From Andalucia godoyi And28 (taxonomy: Eukaryota; Protista; Jakobida), in assembly GCA_009859145.1 (NCBI GenBank), contig VRVR01000020.1, positions 1 through 64,000 on the forward strand: 64,000 nt of DNA, given 5' to 3'. The translations under genes and the position numbers were made by a program. Positions 17,884 through 29,085 of this stretch are shown here, one piece after another (position 1 is the stretch's first letter; each line of letters begins with the position of its first letter). The notes under the pieces were generated by a model. It made no database searches. It was not told where the DNA came from and was given only the letters and a program-made list of their open reading frames with translations.

Positions 17884-18399
17884 TTATTCGTTTGGTCGGG
17901 CAGCTGGCATCGACCATTCTTGCGCCTTGAACTGCGGCGTCTGCTTCGCATTGGCGGCGTGATCCTGCTGGTGCTGCTGGTGCTGCTGGTGTGGATGACT
18001 TGCGTCCGGGACGTGAGGCCCGCCTCCTTCGTGATCATCGACGCGCCGTTTGACGAGTTCGCGCAATCGCATTTTCTGATCCTCGGCGTCCCACTCCTTC
18101 GCGCGCTGCTTTACAGTCGCTCGAAATTCTGCAAGCTGCGCGGACTCGGCGGCTGTAGGCGGCTCTTTTCGTCGGCCGTTCAGCCACGACTGCCATTCAA
18201 CGGGAATCGCATGTGGATCATAGTCCACCAAGGCCGACCCCTGCCCGTTCTTTGCCTCTCCGGCGTATTTCACCACCCTGCGGTCCGCGTGGTTCGCCTG
18301 CCGTACGACGTAGTACACGTTCCCAAACCCGTCTTCACCAACACGAACTGGCGGAGTCCGGACAAGCTTTCCCACTGCATCCACTATCCTCCTCAGCAT
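17884..18399 (-). CDS. NDUFAF2: NDUFA12-family complex I protein, most like assembly factor NDUFAF2 (mimitin)
   Basis: VGEDGFGNVYY...RRVVKY...YDPHAIPVEWQSWLNGRRKEPPT matches the NDUFA12 family; the basic N-terminus resembles a mitochondrial presequence. Confidence 0.75.
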   Translation of the reverse strand: MLRRIVDAVGKLVRTPPVRVGEDGFGNVYYVVRQANHADRRVVKYAGEAKNGQGSALVDYDPHAIPVEWQSWLNGRRKEPPTAAESAQLAEFRATVKQRAKEWDAEDQKMRLRELVKRRVDDHEGGGPHVPDASHPHQQHQQHQQDHAANAKQTPQFKAQEWSMPAARPNE

Positions 18400-18865
18400 C
18401 CTCAATTCTCGGATTTCCCAATTCTCGGGTTTCGACGCGCTCCTTGATTGATCAATCCGAAATGCTGAATATTGGGTAGCGTCGTGCTTCTCCTTCTTTT
18501 TCTTTTTCTTTTTCGTTTTTCTTTTTTTTTTTTTTAAATAAATTATTATTTTTCTTTTATTTTATATGTATTTATACGATTGTTTTTGTGAAGGAAATGA
18601 AACTCAGTCACTGAAAGTCTCGGAAAACGCAGATAAGAAAGGGAAAGAACCCAACCTCACTTGAACTTTGCGCTCCGTCGACTGTAGATTCACGCCTGGT
18701 GGCCAAAATCTCTCATCCCTTTCTTCTCCGAAAATCTTTTGTATTTCCGGTTCTTTGCACACCGTTGTTCTTGATCTCTCTGTCTTGCTGTTTCCTTCCC
18801 GAGAGTAAATTGTTTCGAGCGTGTTTTTTCTTTCTTTCTTTTTTTCTGGGTGGAATTGTTGAAGA

Positions 18866-19342
18866 ATGTCGGAAGCGCCGCAGCTGTACCGCACGACGGG
18901 GATTGCGTTGAGTCTGGACGAAGTGGTTCGGGAGCTCCAAGAATCGTTCCAGACTCTTCCGGACGATTTTTCCGAGCAAGTGCAAGAGGTGCTTAATGGC
19001 GTGTTGATGTCGCATCTCAAAGACAAGGATAAGTGCAAGCTGAAACTGACAATGCGCGGGGCTCTGAACCATTACAGAGAAATCGACGATGTATGGTCGC
19101 TCTGGATCAAGGAATTCGAGGCCAATCTCGAAGGAGCAGCTCCGGTCAAGCTCCCCGCCGATGACCCCATTCACATCATCGCATTCAATCCATCGGCGGG
19201 CACGCATTCTGCTCGCAAAAAAGGACCCGCCAAAAAGCAAAAACCAGCGACCGCGGCTTCTAACCCCAAAGCTCCGAAAGCTCCGAAACTCGCCAAGAAC
19301 TCCAATATTAGCAGTAGCAGTGGCGGTGGTGGTGCGAGTAGC

Positions 19343-19373
<31 letters not shown>

Positions 19374-19417
19374 ACAACAGCAGTAGCGACACCATTGGCG
19401 GTAGTAATCGATTGTGA
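18866..19417 (+). CDS. GTF2A2: Transcription initiation factor IIA gamma subunit, divergent, with Lys/Ser-rich tail
   Basis: LYRTTGIALSLDEVVREL...MRGALNHYREIDDVWSLWIK aligns by eye with TFIIA-gamma LYRNTTLGNSLQESLDEL...FRGSLNTYRFCDNVWTF. Confidence 0.75.
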
Positions 19418-19502
19418 TGCTGTAAAATTGCTCGGAAACTTGATTATTATCATTCATACGTCTTTTTACATGAGAACAAGATACCGATACATGATGATGA
19501 CT

Positions 19503-20087
19503 TCAGGAGAGAATGGCAGTTTCATCCTTTTCTCTCTTGACAGCATAGCAGCTCGCGAGAAACTTGTCAAACTCGATGGTGAGGGTATCGACGTCGTAGT
19601 CGACGGAGGTTTGGGCAATCGGGACCTTGACTAGCGCCTTGGAGATCTTGATCTTCTGCACGCGCTGGGCCGGCGGTGCCTGTCGATGTGCAAACAAGGC
19701 CGTCTGCGACTCTAGTCTCAAATCCGGGCCTTGGACAAAGTATCTGAAATACGTCTCGACGTCCTTTTCCTGGCCCTTATCGTCTGGATTGAATACAAGC
19801 AGCACGCCGTCGCATCCCTGGGAAAGTGCAGGCCAGCATGACTGGAATCGCAGGTCGCCGGAACAGTCCCACAGCTCAACGGCACACCGGACATTCGTCG
19901 TCGTCTTCTTCTTCGAGTCCGTCACTGCAAGCCGGTCACGCTCAAACTCGAGGCACCGAACACCCGTCGTGGGCCGGTACTCTGGATCCAGCGTTGGCTG
20001 ATGCCCAGACACAAAGTTGCTGATCGCCGTCTTGCCGCTGCTTCTCGGACCCACTACAAGAATCTTCAACGCATCCCGTGAAGCCAT
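19503..20087 (-). CDS. IFT22: Intraflagellar transport protein 22 (Rab-like 5)
   Basis: KILVVGPRSSGKTAISNF, YRPTTGVRCLEFE, VELWDCSGD.RFQSCWPAL; no G4 NKxD motif and no prenylation tail, as in RABL5. Confidence 0.9.
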   Translation of the reverse strand: MASRDALKILVVGPRSSGKTAISNFVSGHQPTLDPEYRPTTGVRCLEFERDRLAVTDSKKKTTTNVRCAVELWDCSGDLRFQSCWPALSQGCDGVLLVFNPDDKGQEKDVETYFRYFVQGPDLRLESQTALFAHRQAPPAQRVQKIKISKALVKVPIAQTSVDYDVDTLTIEFDKFLASCYAVKREKDETAILS

Positions 20088-20516
20088 ATCTTTCTTTTAT
20101 CTCGTGTGTGTTTGCTTAATTTCCGTGTTCTGCTTCCTACGCGCCCTTTCGCCCTCGGCTGAAAATAATTAGCTGTGGCCTTTTTTGTTTGTTTTTTTGT
20201 TTTTTAAGAGTTTAATTATGCATTATTTGCATGATGATGAAAACGATCTTCACCAAACAGCCATGCACACGTCGGGCGTCAGAATCAAAACGAAAAAAGG
20301 GGGGGGAAACCTGTTCTTTTTATTGGCTTTTTTCTACAGCAGAAATCTTAGCTGTTTCCATTTTTTTCATTTTTCATGTTGATTTTTCGTTCTTGTTTTC
20401 GAAACTTTTGGGGGGCGTTGGGGCGTTGGGCTTCAACAGGAACACAATAGGACGTCAGAACAACGTGCCAATATGCCAACAGCACAGAAAAAAAAAATAG
20501 TATGAAAAATACATCG

Positions 20517-21923
20517 TTAATCGTCTCCAGTGTCTTGGTTGCCATTGGCAGTGCCAGTGCTGCTGCCGCGGTTGCTGTTCTTCGAAGACTCTCGTTCGGG
20601 ATTAAATGTCGGGTCGATTTTTCCGGACGCTTCCCCTTGCTGCAGCTCCGTCTGTCTCTTTTCTTCTCGGATCTTCAAGAAAGACTGTCGCAACCGCGTA
20701 TGCTGAGCAGCGTCAATGGGGATCGCGGCTGCCTCGGTATACGAAGGCAGCGCTGGAGCCGCCATGTAGGATGGCATCGCAAATCCTCCACCAGCTCCAC
20801 TGCCACTGTCCGACGCATACGGATTGCAACCGGGAGCGAGGAAGATGCCCATGCCACCGTGGCGCTGCGATGGCCCAACGCCGGTGCGCTGAACAGGCGG
20901 AAAGTACGAATTGAGCGTCGTCTTGATCTCCGAGTTGAGCGACTCGGTCATGGGAAGCTCGCCGTACACATTAGAAATCTTGCGATCGGCTCCGTACTCG
21001 ATGAGAATGCGTACGGACGTATCCTGATTTCCCAGCACGGCAAGCATCAACGGCGTATCTCCCGTCACGGCATGCGGCTTGTTCACATCCACAGGATAGT
21101 TTTCAAGAAACCAGCGCAACGTGTCTGCGGCGTCGGATCTGCAGACCATGGATGACAAGAATGTCCCACCGCCCAAGAGCGTTTCATTCACATCGATCGG
21201 ACGTCCGTAGCTGCTTCCATCCACCAGGTACTTTCGCAGCGCGCCATAGTCGCCCTTCCGCAGCGAAACAAGCACTCTGGACTGCGGCGAAGGGTCGTCC
21301 ACAGACGGCCTCGTCATGAAGCGGTACCGCAACGCAAGCTTCAGCAGCGTGATCGTTGAGCCAAGCGATCCTACAAACTGCATTGCATGGCGCATCGCAA
21401 TCGACAAGAAATTAGGATTCGCCTCCCGGATGCGATCAATGTTGTAGTTGACTGCACGATGCCACTGGTCTCGGATCTCCTCCGAGTCGAAAAAAATGTA
21501 GTAACTGCGCGAAATATGCGGCGCACGGATGCGTATTCCGTGGTCAAACTCCACGATCCCCCGCACGTAAAAGTGGTTCATCGCCTTGATATACCCAACA
21601 GCATCTTCCTGGCGCGGCTCTCCCCGCGTTGTCCGGAAACACGTCGTGAACAGATCAAGCGGAATCGTCCCTTTCGCAGACTTTCCTTTCGTCTTGGCAG
21701 AAGCATAATACTCCACGCTCGTCTCACTGAGGACAAAAAACCGCTTCTTCACCGTGTAGTAGTCATATCCGTGCTTGCGACCCCAGTTACTCAGGCTGTA
21801 GAACGGGGTGTACGGATCACGAACCGTCACATCAGCCGGGTCATAGTCGGACACCAACTCCACAATCGCAGTCAGAAAATCTGGCGTCGTGCCAGACTTG
21901 CGGATGTACATTACACTTCCCAT
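20517..21923 (-). CDS. PH-domain and ankyrin-repeat protein
   Basis: PH features KKRFFVLSETSVEYY...KGTIPLD...FFDSEEIRDQWHRAV; ankyrin repeats (GDTPLMLAVLG); LPSY motif in the tail. Probable start MGSVMY at 21923. Confidence 0.8.
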   Translation of the reverse strand: MGSVMYIRKSGTTPDFLTAIVELVSDYDPADVTVRDPYTPFYSLSNWGRKHGYDYYTVKKRFFVLSETSVEYYASAKTKGKSAKGTIPLDLFTTCFRTTRGEPRQEDAVGYIKAMNHFYVRGIVEFDHGIRIRAPHISRSYYIFFDSEEIRDQWHRAVNYNIDRIREANPNFLSIAMRHAMQFVGSLGSTITLLKLALRYRFMTRPSVDDPSPQSRVLVSLRKGDYGALRKYLVDGSSYGRPIDVNETLLGGGTFLSSMVCRSDAADTLRWFLENYPVDVNKPHAVTGDTPLMLAVLGNQDTSVRILIEYGADRKISNVYGELPMTESLNSEIKTTLNSYFPPVQRTGVGPSQRHGGMGIFLAPGCNPYASDSGSGAGGGFAMPSYMAAPALPSYTEAAAIPIDAAQHTRLRQSFLKIREEKRQTELQQGEASGKIDPTFNPERESSKNSNRGSSTGTANGNQDTGDD

Positions 21924-21974
21924 CTTTTTTGACTCTGTTTTTCTTTTTCCACTTACCTTTGCGCTTCCCAACTT

Positions 21975-22007
<33 letters not shown>

Positions 22008-22394
22008 CACACCCTCACACACACATACACACTTGCTCACTTGCTCACCTGCTCGCACACAAAAAATTAAATTTAAATTTAAAAAATATTTAAAAAATAA
22101 TTGGACATCCAATCCACCTGGATACGTCTCTCGGGGCAACAAAGCCGCCCATAATCCATTTGGGAGTGGTCTGGCTTTGTCGGAGAGTCCGGCAATGCTG
22201 CTGTAATAGACGTTTTTTTTTTTGTTTTTGTTTTGCTTGGCTTTTGTTTTGGGTCGTATCCTAAAGAGCATTTGTCGTTTCAATCCTTCGATCAATAAGA
22301 AAAGAAGGGGGGAAATAAGAGACACACACCGCGATCCCACGAGACCAGGTTTTTAAAAAACCTTGGAAAAGAAAAGAACTGAGCGGAAGAGGGA

Positions 22395-22706
22395 ATGACG
22401 AAAATCTCGGCGGCTGAAATCTGGAAAGAACAAGAACAATTTACCTATTTGGAAGACGAGATGCTTCGGATTGTAGACAGCATGAATCGCTTCGGTATGT
22501 CTTTCTTCTTCTTTTTTAACCATTTATTCTCCATATCATTGCTCTCTAATGCATGTCTGTATGTATGGGTGGGTTGGATTTGGATTGAGGACTGTGTAGC
22601 ATCGGCTGTGCGATTAAGACTGCAAGTGTGCAACGAAAAGATTGATTTGCTCGAACGACACGTTACGTATCTCGAGCACGCGTGCGGAGCTCGCAAATCC
22701 GCATAG
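22395..22706 (+). CDS. BRK1: BRICK1/HSPC300, SCAR/WAVE complex subunit (2 exons: 22395-22494, 22600-22706)
   Basis: A GTATGT...TAG intron at 22495-22599 gives a 68-aa protein ...MLRIVDSMNRFASAVRLRLQVCNEKIDLLERHVTYLE, resembling BRK1 [37 protein letters not shown]. Confidence 0.85.
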   Translation: MTKISAAEIWKEQEQFTYLEDEMLRIVDSMNRFGMSFFFFFNHLFSISLLSNACLYVWVGWIWIEDCVASAVRLRLQVCNEKIDLLERHVTYLEHACGARKSA

Positions 22707-23262
22707 ATCGAAGCGCAGGAGCGGGATGGGGATAGTGCTGCGGCTTAAACCTTGCCTTTCGCAAATCGTTTTTCTGTTTTCTCTGCTTTTTGAGTATCAT
22801 GTTGTTGTACATTATGCGGTAATCCAACACGCGTTCATCCTCTCGCTGTCTGTTCCTTCCTTCCTTCCTTCCTTCCTTCTTACTTTTTCTGTGCTTGTCC
22901 CAAGTCTAAATAAAATGTGCTTTGAAAACGCATTAAAGGGGAGATCTGTTGTATGCAAGCCTACATTATGCACTTACTATCCATAGTCGTTGCTGACGAT
23001 GCATGATCAACGTTGCAACCCGGACTGCGTTTGGCAGCAACTCGCTTGCCGTTCGCAAGACGACGCTCATTTTTTCGTCCCTGCGACATTCTTGTCGTTT
23101 CTTTCTGCCACTGAATGGAAAAATTCGTTCTTACCGTAGTGGTGTGGTTGCTCGCTGGGAAGAAGCAAAAGCTGGACGTCTTCTTCTTGCTGCCTTTTCG
23201 TACACAGACCTTGGGGTCAGACAGCAACAAGAAGAAAAAGAAGAAGAAGAAGAAGAAGAAGA

Positions 23263-24294
23263 ATGGCTACGGTGTCCGGGATTGAGACGCAAGTCCCAAG
23301 CTGTTTGTGTTACAGCAACGACGGGTGTCTTCTTGCTGTTGGGTGCGGCACGGGGTCGTTGGTGCTGATTGACAGCACGTCACACTCGCTTTGTGCATCG
23401 ACAAGCGTAGTCGTTCCGTTTGCTGGGTTCAATGCCATTTGCTTTTCGCCAAACGACCAGTTTGTATTTTCTGCTCATGATGACGGCGCAGTTCGTCTTT
23501 GGCAGATTACGCCGTCCAGCATAACTCTTGTCCGGACGATCCGCGGCCATTCTCGGTATGCCACTTGTTGTTCGTTTCATCCGTTTGGACATCTTGCAGT
23601 GTCCGGAAGCATGGATCTGACTGCTCGGGTTTGGGATATCCGACAGCGCACCGAGGCATTCAAAACCCATGTGCACGCAGACCCGGTGAGCAGCGTTCAG
23701 TTTACACAGGAGGGTTCCGTGCTGTTGACTGCGGGTCTTGACGGAAACTTTCGTCTCTGGGATATCCATGGGATGCAGTGCTTAAAGACAATCATGACTG
23801 AACAACCAGTGTGCAGCGCTCGGTTTTCCCCGAATGATCGGTATGTGCTGACAAGCGATTGGATGTCGCGTGTTCGGCTCTGGTCATTGGAAAACTCGCG
23901 ATGCGTGCGGCAGATCAGTGGAATGCACGTGTGTGAACGGTTCTTTATGAATGCAGATTTCATGATTCCGCAAAAAAAATCGCATCCAACTGCGAATCTC
24001 CACGGACATGAACATGGGCACGAACACGGAAATGGAAATCCAAGGAATCCGCATGAGGAAACACAGGTATCGGCGGGAGGCGATGGCCCGGGGGTGCTGA
24101 TTGCGTCGGAAACCGGGTCAGTGGTCATGGTCCGAGACATTGCAGGCTACCATCCGTCTAAGCCGGTTGCAGAACAGCAAATCCTTGCGGGTTACGGAAA
24201 AGGAATCGTATCCTGCGTTGCTGCGAACCCAAAACAGCGGCAATGGGCTGCTTGCTGGCCTGAAGAACACACTGTTCGTCTCTATCCTTATTGA
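23263..24294 (+). CDS. WD40-repeat protein, WDR5/SWD3-like
   Basis: Multiple GH...WD-type repeats (GHSRYATCCSFHP...SGSMDLTARVWD; AGLDGNFRLWDIHGMQCLKTI...FSPNDRYVL). Confidence 0.8.
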   Translation: MATVSGIETQVPSCLCYSNDGCLLAVGCGTGSLVLIDSTSHSLCASTSVVVPFAGFNAICFSPNDQFVFSAHDDGAVRLWQITPSSITLVRTIRGHSRYATCCSFHPFGHLAVSGSMDLTARVWDIRQRTEAFKTHVHADPVSSVQFTQEGSVLLTAGLDGNFRLWDIHGMQCLKTIMTEQPVCSARFSPNDRYVLTSDWMSRVRLWSLENSRCVRQISGMHVCERFFMNADFMIPQKKSHPTANLHGHEHGHEHGNGNPRNPHEETQVSAGGDGPGVLIASETGSVVMVRDIAGYHPSKPVAEQQILAGYGKGIVSCVAANPKQRQWAACWPEEHTVRLYPY

Positions 24295-25241
24295 TTTGCA
24301 TCTGTCATTTCTGCCCTTGTTTCGCGCTTCATTTTTGCTTGCTCAAGGGAGTCTTGTGGCTCTCGCTGCAGCTCAGGTTCCGTGTCCTGTGGTTGCGGGA
24401 GTGGTGGGCGCTGATCAGATTGTGGCTTTGTCCACAACCAGACGTGAAATCGGTGGTTCAGCCTCCGCTCACAGTGCAGCGCAATGCACGACCCAAGACC
24501 GCCACCGAGGTTGTCCGGCTTGGCATAGACAACTTGAGCGACCCGCGAGTGCACCAGCGCCATTGCCTCCTTGATCGACGGTTCGTATTCCGAAAAGCAC
24601 CAGCACCCCGTGCAAAAGTAGTAGTGCTGGGAAGCTCGTTCTGTCTTTTTGGACCATTCTGTCGAGTCCCGAGACTGACTGCGAATCGCATCCATAACGT
24701 CATATCCGGTCCCGCAGATGCGTTTTCGCTCTGGATCATAAATGATGACCCGGGTCGTATGGGACCCTGTCGAAGTCACCTGCACCATAAATTCATCAAT
24801 GACGCGTTGCTGGTCCCGTGTGGTTTCCGGAATCACAGATACGGTCGATATCTTACACGGCCACAAATCATGCCACTCGTCCACGGGATCGATTCCGGGT
24901 CGTGGAACTGAGGCTGGGACGCTTGCAAGAAAAACCTGTTCGATGCCGGGAATCTGCGGTGGTGGTTCGTGCTCATTGCACGACAGAATCACAAAGACTT
25001 GCTTATCTGGCTTTGCGTGCGTCGACCGAATGCGGCGAAGATGGTCTGGAATTTTGGGTGCGCTTTGAAGAGCCTTCACAATAGTGGGCATCAAGGCTGG
25101 TGATGCACGGCCGATCCACGCTCGCTCCACGACCGGGTGCTTCGGACTTAAATCATTCAGCAATCCATGAACATAAACCATCCTCCTCGACTCGTTCGCG
25201 TCCACCGCAAACCTCAATTCATCAAATGCCGATTTCTGCAT
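24288..25241 (-). CDS. TAD3: tRNA adenosine-34 deaminase non-catalytic subunit
   Basis: YFCTGCWCFSEYEP...AMALVHSRVAQVVY and LHCERRLNHRFHVW match the ADAT3 C-terminus; N-terminal domain with HLRRIR and WPCK. Start uncertain. Confidence 0.85.
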   Translation of the reverse strand: MQKSAFDELRFAVDANESRRMVYVHGLLNDLSPKHPVVERAWIGRASPALMPTIVKALQSAPKIPDHLRRIRSTHAKPDKQVFVILSCNEHEPPPQIPGIEQVFLASVPASVPRPGIDPVDEWHDLWPCKISTVSVIPETTRDQQRVIDEFMVQVTSTGSHTTRVIIYDPERKRICGTGYDVMDAIRSQSRDSTEWSKKTERASQHYYFCTGCWCFSEYEPSIKEAMALVHSRVAQVVYAKPDNLGGGLGSCIALHCERRLNHRFHVWLWTKPQSDQRPPLPQPQDTEPELQREPQDSLEQAKMKRETRAEMTDANQ

Positions 25242-25650
25242 CGAGCTCTCTTTCCAACCTATCGACTGATGTACAATGAAGTGCAATTTATCGGGTCCTA
25301 TTCCATCTCATCCCTCGGGAAGACCGGTACTCTCTCTTACTCTTTCTCTTTCTCTTCCTCTCGCTCGCTCGCTCTCTCCATATATATCTGTGCGCGTGGC
25401 TCGCTCTCTGCCTGCCCGTCTCGTTCTCGCATTGCACTCTATGCGAACAAGGAATCTCTCGCTCTTGGCTCTTCACCGACGCGCATTCGTACATTTCCTA
25501 ACGTACAGGCATGACTACAAGAGGAAAAACTCGTGTCTTTTTGCGCAGATGCTCGGATTTGGGAAGGAAAGAACTGCCAGAACAGCGGGAGGTGCACGAC
25601 AGGGTTTTTTCTTGTACAATTTAATTTTATCATATAATAATAAAAAGAGA

Positions 25651-27024
25651 TTACTTTCGATGTCGTTTGGCAGGCGGCGCTCCGTCTTCGTTACGATTGT
25701 AGGAAGCATCCTTGTCGTTTCTGAACTTCTTGGATCCTTTCATCGAGTTCATTTCTTCTTTGAGTTGCATCGTCGCGATTCGCTGAGCCTCCTGTACTCG
25801 CTCCTGCAACATCATCACAGCATCATTGTCGACGTTTGGTACTTCCTCCAGCTTCTTTCCAATCAGTTCTTCGATTCGCTGGTACATCTCCACGTCGTAC
25901 TGACTCACGAACGTGATTGCCTTTCCCGTTCGGCCGGCTCGGGCTGTTCTACCGACTCGGTGCACATAATCTTTCGAATTGGACGGAACATCATAGTTGA
26001 GAACAACATCCACGGAGGGAATATCAAGACCGCGAGAAGCAACATCTGTCGCAATGAGAATCGCCGACGTTTTGGACTTGAATTTGTGCAGCGAAGAGAG
26101 ACGCTTCTGCTGCGTCATTTGCCCGTGAAGCGGAATCGCAGAAAATCCCAGGTTCCGCAGCAGAAATGCGAGTCTCTGCGTGGTAAGGCACGTTGCCGCA
26201 AAGATCATGGCTGACTGGCCGGACATTTCGTTCAAGTGATACACAAGATGTGCATCCTTGTACTTTGCCGGCACAAATGTGTACCTTTGAACAAGCGTCT
26301 TCACCGTTGAATACTTGCTGTCGGAAACTTGGACTCTGGTAGGCTCCCGCAGCGATGCTCTCTGGAGCTTTTGTACTTTGGACGTCATGGTCGCGGAAAA
26401 GAGGTATGTAATTCGTCCCTTGGAAGTGGCCCCTTCTTCATCTTCGGCAGTAGATGGAACAGATGCAGGGAGAAACTTGAGAATCTTGTCGAGCTCCTCT
26501 TCGAAATCCATGGAAAGCATTCTGTCGGCTTCGTCCATGACCAAGAAGCGCACAGACTTGATCGAAAACCCCTTCGTGTTTTCCAAATGATCTACAATTC
26601 GACCGGGCGTTCCAATAATCACATGGGGCTTCTTCGCAAGCATAATTGCCTGCGACACCATATCCACGCCTCCGACGACAACCGCAGACTTGAGCCCAAT
26701 TGACGTTCCCAGAGCCTTGAATTGCTCTTGAATCTGAAACGCCAGCTCGCGCGTCGGTGTCAAAATAAGCGCATAAGGAAGACGTACAGACTTGCTCGAC
26801 GCATGCACGTCCTCCATCAAGTGATGGAGAATCGGAAGTGCAAACGCCGCTGTTTTTCCCGAGCCAGTCTCTGCGAGTCCAATGATGTCTTTGCGAGCGA
26901 GCGCAGCTGGAAGTGCCGCCGCTTGGATCGGAGTCGGCACTTTCCATCCAATCGATTCACAGGCCTCACACAACTCCTTACTCAGCCCAAGCGACGCAAA
27001 CGTAGTAGGCGCTTCTTCTGCCAT
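25651..27024 (-). CDS. DDX47: DEAD-box RNA helicase DDX47/Rrp3
   Basis: [21 protein letters not shown] and [10 protein letters not shown] motifs, plus DDX47-typical [36 protein letters not shown]. Confidence 0.95.
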   Translation of the reverse strand: MAEEAPTTFASLGLSKELCEACESIGWKVPTPIQAAALPAALARKDIIGLAETGSGKTAAFALPILHHLMEDVHASSKSVRLPYALILTPTRELAFQIQEQFKALGTSIGLKSAVVVGGVDMVSQAIMLAKKPHVIIGTPGRIVDHLENTKGFSIKSVRFLVMDEADRMLSMDFEEELDKILKFLPASVPSTAEDEEGATSKGRITYLFSATMTSKVQKLQRASLREPTRVQVSDSKYSTVKTLVQRYTFVPAKYKDAHLVYHLNEMSGQSAMIFAATCLTTQRLAFLLRNLGFSAIPLHGQMTQQKRLSSLHKFKSKTSAILIATDVASRGLDIPSVDVVLNYDVPSNSKDYVHRVGRTARAGRTGKAITFVSQYDVEMYQRIEELIGKKLEEVPNVDNDAVMMLQERVQEAQRIATMQLKEEMNSMKGSKKFRNDKDASYNRNEDGAPPAKRHRK

Positions 27025-27037
27025 CTCCTCTCTTTCT

Positions 27038-27092
27038 CTTCTTCTTCTTCTTCTTCTTCTTCTTCTTCTTCTTCTTCTTCTTCTTCTTCTTC
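27038..27092. repeat. (TTC)n tract in the 5' leader of DDX47
   Basis: About 18 TTC units, reading as GAA on the gene strand just upstream of the ATG; a similar GAA run precedes the WDR5-like ATG at 23263. Confidence 0.95.
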
Positions 27093-27306
27093 GTTCAACA
27101 ACTCTTCTCTTTGTTGTTTCGCTGAAACAAAACGTTAATCAAGAGAACAGGAAGAAAAGAAAAGCACCGAAGGGCGAAAGCCGACGAGTTGAAAAAGATC
27201 CGGCAGACAGGAATCTGACTACAGCTGGTGAAGAGCTGGCCGGGTTTCAGTCGTCCGGGACTCGGGGGAGAGAAGAAGGAGTAAGAGAGAAGGGAGAGGA
27301 GCGGTG

Positions 27307-27948
27307 CTAGGCGCGAGATGATTTTCGTGGCAGGGACGATGGCGGCGGCGGATGCTTGCGGAACCACCAATCGTGATGGCTGCCTGCCGAGCGCGGAATT
27401 TCAGCGACTTTGGCCATTTCGTATTTGCGAACCGTGCGGAACACCTGTGGCAGCGCGGGAGACTGCACTTGAGACTGTGGGTCCGAAGAGGAAGATGCCG
27501 CGGACGCGTCGAGGGGCTCGGAGACGGGTCCTGCGAAAAAAACGTCGGTGGATTCGACAGCATAGGCGAGTTTGGAATCGGGCGTATTTTCAAGGAGTCC
27601 AAAGACATAGTCTGGATGGTCTCCTTTGGACATGCACAGCCGATCGCATACTTCACGAAGGCTGTTGTACGCAGCCTTGCCTTGCGAGCGCACAATGTCT
27701 CTTATCTGCTGGGCAACCCGCATCGACGGCGCATCTTCAATGATGATGTCGTCGTCAAAGTACACGACAGCATAGTCGCTGCTTGCATTCGACACCGACA
27801 CCAGCTCAAATGGCGCACCGGCTTGCATAAACGACGATCGGATTGCAGCGAGCACAGCCACATACTGCGAGGGCTTGGCCGATAACCCGCGGGAACAGAG
27901 AGACACGACCGGAACTCCCGTCGATGGATTCACAATATGAATATGCAT
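27307..27948 (-). CDS. Hypothetical protein, possibly longin-like N-terminus
   Basis: Open 213-aa ORF from ATG at 27948 with an alternating beta/alpha pattern; family not recognised. Confidence 0.55.
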   Translation of the reverse strand: MHIHIVNPSTGVPVVSLCSRGLSAKPSQYVAVLAAIRSSFMQAGAPFELVSVSNASSDYAVVYFDDDIIIEDAPSMRVAQQIRDIVRSQGKAAYNSLREVCDRLCMSKGDHPDYVFGLLENTPDSKLAYAVESTDVFFAGPVSEPLDASAASSSSDPQSQVQSPALPQVFRTVRKYEMAKVAEIPRSAGSHHDWWFRKHPPPPSSLPRKSSRA

Positions 27949-28270
27949 TCCTTCTTTCCTTTCACTCACTGACCCACTCACTTGTCTTGTGCGGTCTTTT
28001 TCTTCTTCTTCTCCTACTCCTACTACTACTACCACTTCTTCTTCTTTCTCCTTTTTCTTGGTCTGCGCTGGAAAAAAGGAACGCGAGCACAGAGTGTAAA
28101 AAGGAACAGCAGAGCCATCTACGGTTCGTTCTTCTTTTGTTTTTGGTTTGGTTTGGTTTGGCTTGCTTTCGCTTCACGTATTGTTGCTGTACTAGTGGCG
28201 GAAGCATTCACCGCGCAAGAAGATTAGGGCATGCAAGTTGCGATGCGTCCTCTGTTCATTTTATTACTTT

Positions 28271-28573
28271 CTATTTCTTGACCTTCATGGAGACAGCCTG
28301 TTGCTTTCTTCTGACGACCGCAATGAGATCTCGGACATTTGCGTTTTGACCCTTGAGACTGAGTTTGGAGCCGTCCTCAAAGACCACATCAATGGTCGCT
28401 GGCGCCTGTTCCGTCAAGATCTTCATCTCGAGCTTTGTGCTTGGATTCGAATTGGTGACCGCTGCCGAGTGCATCCGTGCGAAAAACTCCCGAGCTCCCG
28501 AGCATCCTCGATACCACGGATTCAGCGCAACCTTCACAGACTGCACAAACTCGAGTGAAAACTTCCCCGCCAT
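28271..28573 (-). CDS. MRPL53: Mitochondrial ribosomal protein mL53 (thioredoxin-like L51/S25/CI-B8 fold)
   Basis: FVQSVKVALNPW...AREFFARM...SNPSTKL...PATIDVVFEDG matches the mL53 pattern. Confidence 0.8.
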   Translation of the reverse strand: MAGKFSLEFVQSVKVALNPWYRGCSGAREFFARMHSAAVTNSNPSTKLEMKILTEQAPATIDVVFEDGSKLSLKGQNANVRDLIAVVRRKQQAVSMKVKK

Positions 28574-29085
28574 CCGCTCTTCGCTCTGGACCCTTCACCA
28601 CAAAAAAATGTATTATAATTTTATGATGATGATGATGATTGTTAAAACCAGTTACGTTCAACCAAACAAGCTGCGAAGAGAAGAAAAGCTTCTGCAATGC
28701 AGTACTCGTGTCCACAATAGACGGGACTGACAGCCTGCTGCGGTGCAAAAATATATATATATATATATATATATGTATAATAAAGAGCAGTATGGTGTCA
28801 GTCTGTCAGTCCCAGTCGGCCTGCGAATCCACTGTAAAAAAAAAAACCAACAACAACAATAATAACAAATGAAATACGAGACAGCCGTTTGGCTCCTCGC
28901 AGTCTCGGATCTGAAACTCTGCACGAATGAGCGCCACAGCGCTGAATGAACGACACACGTTTTGCTTACCTTTCACTATTTGTTGTTGTTGTTTTTTGTT
29001 TGGTGGTTTTTTTTTCCTTGGTTTTTTTAAAGATTAAAACAAAAAAGGATCGTATTTCTTCTGGGTTTGCTCAGATAGGTCAGGA

